Positions 53,993 through 64,000 of a DNA stretch of 64,000 nucleotides are shown one piece after another. The DNA comes from Nemertoderma westbladi (taxonomy: Eukaryota > Animalia > Xenacoelomorpha): the NCBI GenBank assembly GCA_032718475.1, contig JAUCBJ010004729.1, positions 4,636-68,635 of the forward strand. Direction: 5' to 3'. Position 1 is the first letter of the stretch. Each line of letters begins with the position of its first letter. The notes under the pieces are model-generated. The model made no database searches, was not told the DNA's origin, and saw only the letters and a list, made by a program, of their open reading frames with translations. The position numbers and the translations under genes were made by a program.

Positions 53993-56247
53993 CATGCATA
54001 CACAGGCCAACTGCCTGAATGCACAGTTCAACTGCATGCATACGCATGCCAACTGAATGCATACACAGGTCAACTGCCTGAATGCCCAGGCCAACTGCAT
54101 GCACACGGGCCAACTGAATGCATATACAGGCCAACTGCATGCACACGCATGCCTATTGCATGCATACACAGGCCTACTGCATTCATACACTGGCATACTG
54201 CATGCATACACAGGCCAACGGAATGCATACACAGGTCAACTGCCTGAATGCACAGGCCAACTGCATGCATACGCATGCCTACTGCATGCATAAACGGGCC
54301 AACTGAATGCATATACAGGCCAACTGCATGCGTACACATGCCAACTGCCTGAATACACAGGCCAACTGCATGCATACGCATGCCTATTGCATGTATACAC
54401 AGGCAAACTGCCTGAATGCAAAGACCAACTCCATGCATACGCATGTCTACTGCATGCATACACTGGCCTACTGCATGCATACACTGACCTACTGCATGCA
54501 TATGCGGGCCAACTGAATGCATACACAGGCCTACTGCATGCATACACTGGCCTACTGCATGCATACGCATGCCTACTGCATGCATACACTGACCTACTGC
54601 ATGCATACACTGGCCTACTGCATGCATACACTGGCCTACTGCATGCATACACAGACCAACTGAATGCATACACAGGCTTACTGCATGCATACACTGGCCT
54701 ACTGCATGCATACGCATGCCTACTGCATGCATACACTGGCCTACTGCATGCATACACTGGCCTACTGCATGCATATACTGGCCTACTGCATGCATACACA
54801 GGCCAACTGAATGCATACACAGGTCAACTGCCTGAATGCACAGGCCAACTGCATGCATACGCATGCCAACTGAATGAATACACAGGTCAACTGCCTGAAT
54901 GCCCAGGCCAACTGCATGCATACGCATGCCTACTGCATGCATACACTGGCCTACTGCATGCATACACAGGCCAACTGAATGCATACACAGGCATACTGCA
55001 TGCATACACTGGCCTACTACATGCATACACTGACCTACTGCATGCATATACGGGCCAACTGAATGCATACACAGGCCTACTGCATGCATACACTGGCCTA
55101 CTGCATGCATACGCATGCCTACTGCATGCATACACTGGCCTACTGCATGCATACACTGGCCTACTGCATGCATACACTGGCCTACTGCATGCATACACAG
55201 GCCAACTGAATACATACACAGGTCAACTGCCTGAATGCACAGGCCAACTGCATGCATACGCATGCCAACTGAATGAATACACAGGTCAACTGCCTGAATG
55301 CCCAGGCCAACTGCATGCATACGCATGCCTACTGCATGCATACACTGGCCTACTGCATGCATACACAGGCCAACTGAATGCATACACAGGTCAACTGCCT
55401 GAATGCATAGGCCAACTGCATGCATACGCATGCCAACTGAATGCATACACAGGTCAACTGTCTGAATGCACAGGCCAACTGCATGCATACGCATGCCTAC
55501 TGCATGCATACATGGGCCAACTGAATGCATATACAGGCCAACTGCATGCGTACACATGCCAACTGCCTGAATACACAGGCCAACTGCATGCATACGCATG
55601 CCTATTGCATGCATACACAGGCCAACTGCCTGAATACAAAGGCAAACTGCATGCATACGCATGTCTACTGCATGCATACACAGGCCTACCGCATGCATAC
55701 ACTGGCCTACTGCATGCATACAATGGCCTACTGCATGCTTACACTGGCGTACTGTATGCATACGCTGGCCTACTGTATGCATACGCTGGCCTACTGCATG
55801 CATACACTGGCCTACTGCATGCATACGCTGGCCTACTGCATGCATACGCTGGCCTACTGCATGCATACGCTGGCCTACTGCATGCATACACTGGCCTACT
55901 GCAAGCATACACAGACCAACTGCATTCTGCATCGTTTATTTTTGTTTTTGTAAACCACCCTCTCCCGCCTCATATCATAATGACACTCATCTTCATACAG
56001 TCATATCTAATATAAAATGTGATAATATGTAATAAGATAATAATTACATATATCTGACCGAATAACATAACTGACTGACACCGTACTACTGTCCTATCAG
56101 ACTAGCTGACTGTCCTACCGGTACATAATAATATATATAACTGACAGACGTCAAATACTGTAGTTTCCGGTAATCCTCCTTCACTCCCGTCACCACATAC
56201 AGTACTAGAACGTAAGGTCTATCTATATAAGTCTCTACATTTTGTAG

Positions 56248-56398
56248 ATATTCGATGCATCACGACTTGCTGGTAGTGACAACGCCCGTGTAACGATTGA
56301 CCTACCTAACTGCGCTGCTGTTGGGCTCATTAAAATCAAGTTCATTCAACCAGCTGAGGGTCAACGTATCAATATCCGTCTTACTGGCTGTGATGGAA
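56248..56398 (+). CDS. Module 3 exon M: D2 C-part (homolog of exon E)
   Basis: TTGTAG|ATA, A|GTAAGT; phase 0-1; IFDASRLAG...EGQRINIRLTGCDG. Confidence 0.85.
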
Positions 56399-56620
56399 GT
56401 AAGTCTGCGCCAATACATACATGTGAAGAATAATGTTACTAATATTGTAGGTCGTAGGTCTGATCATCATAAATCTACTCAACAGGGAGTATTTTAAACA
56501 TAATGGCCATTGTACCTAATTGTTGTCGGTTTAAATTATTAATAGTTTTACATCTGTTAAATATTATACTTTTTTTTATAGCTACTGGTAATTCTATCTC
56601 CATATTTACTTGTGTTTCAG

Positions 56621-56739
56621 ATTGTCTGCTGCCATTCCCCAACCCATATACGACAAGATACTTTCCTTTCGGTTATGGTTCTGATATTGATGTGGATTCA
56701 AGAGGATGGAATCCAGATGTTTCTACAAATAACCAAAAG
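56621..56739 (+). CDS. Module 3 exon N: D3 first part
   Basis: TTTCAG|AT, AAG|GTGGAT; NCLLPFPNP...DIDVDSRGWNPDVS matches exon F start. Confidence 0.75.
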
Positions 56740-57029
56740 GTGGATTTCCTACATTCAATTCATCAAAATATAATAATATATGTAATAATATGTAACTAAC
56801 TACATTACGACCGCGGACTCTTTGTTAAAAATGTACCAAGATTTTACTCGAGCTACAATTTAGTGGAATTGTGTAAATGGCTTTGTTGTTATTATAAATT
56901 ATGATTACTGTAGGCACAATTCAACATGAGCGTTTGTGGAGTTATAGTTGGTGTTTATATACTGTAATTAGAAAAAAACTAGCTCAACTCAGTTTATATG
57001 AATAATATGGATGGCCTATTTTACTGAAG

Positions 57030-57239
57030 GTTCGAGTATTTAATCTACGCGAAAAATTCGACATGAGCGGAATTGTGATCTTCCACCATGGTAACAATGT
57101 CTACAACGGAGGTCTGCGTTATCGAATCGTATTTTCAGATGATTACTTCCCTGAAAATGCTATGGAACTCACCAACAGCGATGCCCTCCAGGCTGTTGAC
57201 TCTTTCCCACAATGGCTCAATGGCTCTCCTAATTCAAAG
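57030..57239 (+). CDS. Module 3 exon O: D3 second part
   Basis: GAAG|GTT (weak acceptor), AAG|GTTATT; VRVFNL...ELT...QWLNGSPNSK matches exon F FRGFNL...ELT...QWINGKPDSK. Confidence 0.75.
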
Positions 57240-57872
57240 GTTATTCTATGTTTATTGATATATTGCAGTATTGTTTACTACTGCTAGTATGAAAAATTGA
57301 TTTTTGTAATGCTGGTGATATCAAGTTCAATTTTAGGGGCATTTTAGAATTCCCGAAATTATTTTTAATGGTCATGCATTTTGAAATTCCAAAATTTGAA
57401 TTTTCTCCCTAGCCTGCTTGATATATAACAAAGTCATTAGCCTAGGAGATTGGATCTAATGGTATTTATATATTAGAACTAATTGGGTCTACTAATGGCG
57501 TATCATGGTTAAAACTAGTGCACTTTGGAGGAAGTATATTATTATTATTATTATAAATACCACATTTAGTTGTGGTTATTGTTTTTTGCAAATTTTTACT
57601 ACGTAATTTATTTAGATTTGCAAATATATGAGACTTGAAAGTAAAAAAAATTATATATTTATTGACCACGAGTACTTTAAGAATGCATCACACACACATA
57701 TAATTAGACCTCGCTATTTAATATTAGTTTTATTAATTAAATGCATCTAAATTTAATTAATTTCTTAAAAATTATTAAAAAGCTTGAGTTAATGCAATAT
57801 AGCACAGTGAAGCACACTAACTAAATTAATATAAACTACCTACCTAACTATATACAAAAGTACAAAATCAGT

Positions 57873-60800
57873 CTAACCCGCTGAGTCAGTATGGGGCGCA
57901 GGGGCAGCTGGCGACAAAACCTCGTCGTAGAGGCCGTCGGACAGAGGGTCCATGGAGCCGAGGATGGAGGCCGTGTTGCCGATCAAGATGGCTACGAGGA
58001 GGCATTGGAGGAGGAACCGATGGGATCGCGGCTCCTGAGTGGCTGCGTGGAGGCGTTGGCCAACCTCCTTAAGGAATGCAGCCGTCTCAGGACCGGGCCG
58101 ACCGAAGGTCTCGAATGCTACCGGGTAGAAGAGGTAGCTCCCTCAGATGGTCAGTTCCTCGTATTTCTTTATCTTTGAGTTTTCCGCCTCCTCGACAACA
58201 CGGCGGCCGGCCTGCGTGCTCTGGACGAGATGACTGGGAGCGAGGGGATCGACAACGGTCGCATCCCAGGTCATCAGCCGGCACCCACTCCACGATTCAA
58301 GGGTAACGCCATCGACACGCTTCCTATCAGCTCTACACAACCCCACCGGTTCAAGGCAAGCTCTAACCCCACAGGAACCCAAAGCACGTTTCACAATGTC
58401 GTTTAACATAGAGTGGCGTGGCAGCCTTCCGGTGCTTCTCACACAAGATGGTCCGTGGAGACCATCCGGTCTTACTTCGGATCCGCACCGGGAGCACCTG
58501 TGGGGTTCGGTTACCTTGCAACCGAGGCATGTGGCGACTAAAACCCTGAACTGGGAGTCCGTGAGTTTCAGCCCTAGCGAGCTGATGGGAATTGCGTCCA
58601 GCCAACAACCGGATACCGGGTCGTCGACGACATTAAGGTGGGCGATCTCGAGTGGCGTTGTTGTGGCCGCCCGCAGTGCCACGCGGTTCGCCTCATGGAG
58701 TGGCTCCATCCAGGCCCTCTGTATGGTGGTGTCGGTTGGTGTGGTGGTTCCGGTGGGGAGGGTGGCCTTCCACACCTCGTGGGCGCGTGGTACCGAGGCG
58801 GGTTGTCTGGAGGGCTCGAATAAGCGGCTCGAGAGAGCAGTGCACGCAGCAGCTGAAGCCAAGTAGGCGGAAGGTGCTAGCTGCAGTGCAGAGCTCAACC
58901 CGAGGCCACCCATACGGGCTGGGAGACAGGATTGGACCCACGCTGAGTCTGAGATCCGGGTGTTTGCGATCTTCTGGAGGGCAACCCGCAGAGTTGAGTC
59001 GTACTCCTCCAGGAGTCCCGAGTGCTGGAAGCAAGGCACGGTGCGGAGGAAGTAGGTGAGCCAGGGGATGGCGAAGGAATGACAGAGGATGAAGTACGCG
59101 TGGTGAGAGTCGAGGAGGTGCAGCCAGCTGGCGAGTGTGGCGAGGTCTCCCGCCTTCTCCCGAAGGCAGGATACGGTGGCGGCGACCCCGATGGGGGCAC
59201 CGAGCATCGCCAGGTCCTCGAGCGGGCGGACCTGGATGCCCACACAGACCTCGTCGAACTTGCCACGGATGCGCGCGCGGGACTCGTCGGACTCGGCGCC
59301 AAGGAAGAAGAGATCGCTCTTTGCAGGGTTGATAACGAGTCCGCACTTCCTCCCCTCCTCTATCATCACACGTAGATCCTCCAGAACAACTCGGTAGTCA
59401 CCGGCGAGGTTCCCGTCGTCCAGGTACCAGACGTTAAAACTCGACTTCAGCGACTGGATGGTTGGGTTCACAGTGTGGCCGAACAGTCGAGGTCTGTCGG
59501 AGTCCCCCTGTTGGACTCCCTCGTCAGAGAGGAGGGTCTCCTCCCCGTAGATGAGGAAGCTGGGTTCTCCGTACGCCGCCAGCGTGTAGTTGTACACGCT
59601 GGTACACAGTCTCGAGGAGGGTGCCTCACCGTACCGAGTTGAAGGCGTTGCTGAAGTCGACCTTCAGCAACACAGTCCCCGGAATGTTGTCCTCCGTGGC
59701 GAGCGACTGCGCTGCGTGGGCGGCCGCCTCCGCACCATTCTTTGTCCCGATCCCGAGCTGGACGCTCCCGTACGACTCCGTCCGTCCCTCCTTGGTGATT
59801 TCCCCCACGAACTTCGAGTTTAGGCGCCGTAGGGTGTTGCCTACCGCGATGGGGCGGACTCCACCCCCTTGCTTGGAGAAACCAAACAGGTTGGCGCCAA
59901 AGAATGTGGGGCGAACGGATTCCGGAATGGTGCCGGCGGCCACGACGTCGATGAACCGGGAGAGACTGGAGACGAGTCGGTTTCCAGTTTCTCCGTTCGT
60001 GTGGCCGATAAGATCTTTCAAGATCTGCAGCCGCATTCCATCGGGGCCGCCGGCGCTGCCGCACGGGAACGACACAACGAGTTTCCTGACTACCGCGGAC
60101 GAGCAGGGGGGAGTTGTTGGGGTCGCCACGGGAGGTGGAAGAGTCAGTCGGTCATCCGGTCGGGAGGGGTGCTTCAACTTCAGCCTCTCCCTCTGGTGTG
60201 TTGGGCGCCATGGAGTCTTTAGAAGACGCCAGGCGAATGACACCCTTCACATCGCCATCCTCAATCTTCTCTGCCACCGCTGCAGCGAGACGGATGGAGT
60301 CGTCTCGATTCTTGGTCCGGCGGGATCCGGTGGTGGTGGATCGGGATTCCGGAAGTTGGTGTAGGTTGCTCCGGAACTCGCGTATCAGTTCATTGATCTG
60401 GGATGCGAGGGATCGAGTGTGCCGCCGGCCCCCACGCTTAGGGGCGGGAATACAGTGGTGGCAGACAAGGAGGAAGTTGACCCACGAGTCGACGCAGTTG
60501 GGGTTGCTGACGATCGTGGAGAGAACTTCGGAGAGGAGGTCCGCGAGGTTGTTCCGCACCGCCTTCGGGACGTGCTTCAGCTGCTTCACTCGGGAGTTCC
60601 GAAGCAGCTTCAGCACGTCCTCCGCCATGTAGTTTGTTGGTCCAGGCGGGGGCGGCGCGGCAGTGGGATCGGTTGTCGTGGTGGTCGTGGTCGCCGGTTG
60701 GGAGGGGAGTGGCGGGCTGCTGGGAGACCAACCGGAACCAGCGCAATGGTTCTTCTGGAGCCCGTGGACCCGTAGCCCTCCCCTCAGGGTCACCACCGTC

Positions 60801-60877
60801 AACTTCGATCAAACCGGGCAGCTGTGCTTGGGCTGCCCGGCTACGCTGAGGTCGATGGTGGACGCCGACACATCCAT
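57873..60877 (-). mobile_element. Near full-length CRE-clade non-LTR retrotransposon ORF (Zn finger, RT, CCHC, RLE), disabled
   Basis: CPV*...LRVHG...CAGSG; SAGGPDG, VRPIAVG, KVDFSNAFNSV, GVQQGD, WYLDDG; CSRC...HGPSC; RVDG...WDATVVD; FYPVAFET...GNTASILG; at least two stops and two frameshifts. Tentative TSD ATTAGACCT at 57703-57711 and 61072-61080. Confidence 0.88.
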
Positions 60878-61319
60878 CTTCTTCTTTAATTAACCCATAT
60901 TAGCGTATAAACTAGTTAATTAATTAATCAAAGAAGGTTGGTTGTAGCAGAGTCAGTCAGTCCAGCAGTCAGTTGCAAAGCTTCAGTATTAGGCAGTTTT
61001 GATGTACCGTACCAGCTTACTTGCTTATTTATAGATTACTTGCGGTACTGCACACAAGCGGGCATAAGAATATTAGACCTTGGACATACATAACATGTCT
61101 GAGTAAAACAATGCACTAATATATTCCTACACTGAAATATACATTACAAAACGAAAATGTTATTTTTGTTGATACAATAATTTGTAAATAACGTATGTAG
61201 GTAGAACTAGGTCAATAAATAATCATAGACGGAAATGACATAAGAAATAGAGAAGTAACGACATCCTATAGTCTTACAACTTATTTCAATTACTTTAGGA
61301 CACTCTATTGATTTTGTAG

Positions 61320-61503
61320 ATATTTGATGGTTCGGTAACTGAATGTGATAGTAAACCCGTGAATGCTCTGGTTAAATACTTCAAGTCCCGTCTAGAAGTT
61401 TTCAACTATCAATATGTATCAATAGTTGCCTATAGCAACGATCCTGAAACCACGATATCGGCAGGAATAGTTGGTCCTTGTGAGCCTGTAACAACAACTC
61501 AAC
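61320..61503 (+). CDS. Module 3 exon P: D3 C-part (homolog of exon G)
   Basis: TTGTAG|ATA, C|GTTAGT; phase 0-1; IFDGSV...YQYVSIVA...ISAGIVGPCEP versus exon G YSWVTIIA...ISAMVTGRCP. Confidence 0.8.
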
Positions 61504-61903
61504 GTTAGTTTGGTTTTTATATTAAATTATATCAATCCCAATAGTGTTATATACTAACACTGACATCTTTATCTGGAGATTTTACATCTCAATATTTATC
61601 CTTATGCCTATATTATTAGCCAACTAACTGTTACCATTTGGATAACAAATTATTCTGGAAGCTGGGAGTATAATGGCTGCTGTATAGGGTATATTGTTTA
61701 TCAAAATACGAACAAGGGAAGGTTTTTATATAAAAATAATAGCTTTATAGTTAGGGAGATATATATTTATTATGTAATATTGAGATTTTATATTCTAAAA
61801 TATTTTAATTTAGGTGTCCAATATGTTGCTCAACAAAAACAAATTAAACAAGTATTTTTCCATTATTAATCGTGAATTTAATTTATAATCAATCTAATTG
61901 CAG

Positions 61904-62910
61904 CCTCAACTACCAGCACACCTGCACCCACCACACCAACTGTTCCCACAACTACACCTCCAATTACAACACCTGGACCAACAACAGCACCACCACCCAC
62001 AACAACACCTGAACCAACAACAGCACCTCCACCCACAACAACACCCGGACCATCAACAGCACCACCACCCACAACAACACCTGGGCCAACAACAGCACCT
62101 CCACCCACAACAACACCTGGGCCAACAACAGCACCTCCACCCACAACAACACCTGGACCAACAACAGCACCTCCACCCACAACAACACCTGGGCCAACAA
62201 CAGCACCTCCACCAACAACAACACCTGGACCAACAACAGCACCTCCACCCACAACAACACCTGGACCATCAACAGCACCTCCACCCACAACAACACCCGG
62301 ACCATCAACAGCACCTCCACCCACAACAACACCCGGGCCAACAACAGCACCACCACCAACAACAACACCCGGACCAACAACAGCACCTCCACCCACAACA
62401 CCCGGACCAACAACAGCACCTCCACCCACAACAACACCTGGACCATCAACAGCACCTCCACCAACTACAACACCTGGACCAACAACAGCACCTCCACCCA
62501 CAACAACACCTGGACCATCAACAGCACCTCCACCAACTACAACACCTGGACCATCAACAGCACATCCACCAACTACAACACCTGGACCAACAACAGCACC
62601 TCCACCCACAACAACACCTGGACCAACAACAGCACCACCATCAACAACAACACCCGGACCAACAACAGCACCTCCACCCACGACCACAGCTGTTCCAACA
62701 ACCACGCCACCAGAAACAACAACAGTCTGCCCTCCGGAATTGGTGAATTGTGATCAAAACACCACATGTCCACTCACATGCGACGATGTTAGAAAGGGTG
62801 GTAGTTACGAATGCGACATTTACTTGGACAATGGCGAGTGTATGCTGGAATGTGTCTGCCCACCTGGGACTGTATTGGACGAGACAACTGATGAATGCGT
62901 CGCGGAATGG
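61904..62910 (+). CDS. PTS repeat exon 4 plus most of a TIL (trypsin inhibitor-like Cys-rich) domain
   Basis: TTGCAG|CC, TGG|GTTAGT; phase 1-0; repeats then CPPELVNCDQNTTCPLTCDD...C...CMLECVCPPGTVLDETTDECVAEW, completed by ECPC in the next exon (TIL cysteine pattern). Confidence 0.85.
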
Positions 62911-63353
62911 GTTAGTTAATAGTACATAAAAAATAATAGTAAATAAAAATAAGTCATAATAGTAAATATTTATTAGTACAACATCGGTAAGCTTATAACC
63001 CGCAATTATTTAGACTGAAGGTCGATGAAAAAACTTGCATACCTATTTCAATATAATATTCTTTAATATTATTGAAAATGAACAAGAGTCATCTTTTTCA
63101 ACACATAAAACACATAACCATAAATTTCTGAAGAGAAAATTGGAAAAAAATACTAGTCGTAAATACATACTGTGGTAAAGTGCCCCAATAACAAGAAATA
63201 ATAAGCACTTAAATAATTAATATAGATAAATTAATATAAATAAAAAAAATAAAAAAATTCAAATAAAATTAATTTGGAGACGAAAAGTATAATTTCTCAA
63301 AATATGTGCTGGTCAAATAATTAATCAAATATTCTTCAATTTGTTTTTTTTAG

Positions 63354-63753
63354 GAATGCCCTTGTCTATATATGCCAAGTAGTACGACCACTATGTATTA
63401 TTCCACTACTATTACTGGTTATTCTACGTCGACACCTGGTGCACAAACACCACCACCTGCTGTGACAACTGCACCCCCTGGTGCACAAACACCACCACCT
63501 GGTGTGACAACTGCACCCCCTGGTGCACAAACACCACCACCTGGTGTGACAACTGCACCCCCTGGTGCACAAACACCACCACCTGGTGTGACAACTGCAC
63601 CCCCTGGTGCACAAACACCACCACCTGGTGTGACAACTGCACCCCCTGGTGCACAAACACCACCACCTGGTGTGACAACTGCACCCCCTGGTGCACAAAC
63701 ACCACCACCTGGTGTGACAACGGCACCCCCTGGGACACAAACCCCACCTCCAG
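63354..63753 (+). CDS. Exon R: end of TIL plus 42-bp (14-aa PGAQTPPPGVTTAP) repeat, about 7.5 copies; gene continues beyond window
   Basis: TTTTAG|GAA TGC CCT TGT, CCA G|GTATGT; phase 0-1. Confidence 0.85.
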
Positions 63754-64000
63754 GTATGTAATAAAATCAGTGTCGGCTACATAACAATCATAATACACTC
63801 TAAAATATTACATAATTGCGTATAGGCTAATGATAGAAGTGTTGTGCCGAGTGTGATAAAAGAATGAAAGGAATAAATAATATACCTAAGCTAGGACGGC
63901 CCATTTATTGTACTGGTATTATATAGATACTTTATGTACAGTACATGATTTAGTATTCTGGTATCATTATAGCATTGCTTGTAATGACCAGCTAAATTTG

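Larger units (their letters stand above)
51440..55925. repeat. About 21-bp minisatellite (GCCTACTGCATGCATACACTG and variants) interrupted by three insertions
   Basis: Visible periodicity; shadow ORFs with a 7-aa period (LLHAYTG). Confidence 0.95.

Noticed and set aside
52133-56032. MHAVGLC, LLHAYTG and YACSRPV repeat ORFs up to 620 aa
   Set aside because: Translations of a 21-bp minisatellite interrupted by TEs; no splice or start context.

Overview
Eukaryotic (animal, probably invertebrate) genomic DNA with AT-rich introns. One very large + strand spliced gene runs through the whole window and is open at both ends. I traced 26 exons by eye with consistent GT-AG sites and phases (about 16.9 kb coding, about 5,600 aa). 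It encodes a mucin-like protein: 2.4-4.2 kb Pro/Thr/Ser repeat exons alternate with a triplet of very divergent F5/8 type C (discoidin)-like domains, present as two near-identical modules and one divergent module, followed by a TIL domain and a second PTS repeat type. The introns carry many mobile elements: a young 12.1 kb BEL/Pao LTR element (5-bp TSD, near-identical LTRs, Gag-protease ORF, no RT or integrase), a near full-length CRE-clade non-LTR element, two RTE copies inside a TGCATGCA minisatellite, L2-like and CRE fragments, tRNA-derived SINE heads and MITEs. The most striking observation is that the BEL/Pao element has no tRNA primer-binding site. The 12 nt abutting its 5' LTR are instead the exact complement of a 12-mer inside its own LTR, the geometry of Tf1-type self-priming. 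Most long six-frame ORFs in the track are shadow frames of repeats. All calls are manual; no searches were run.
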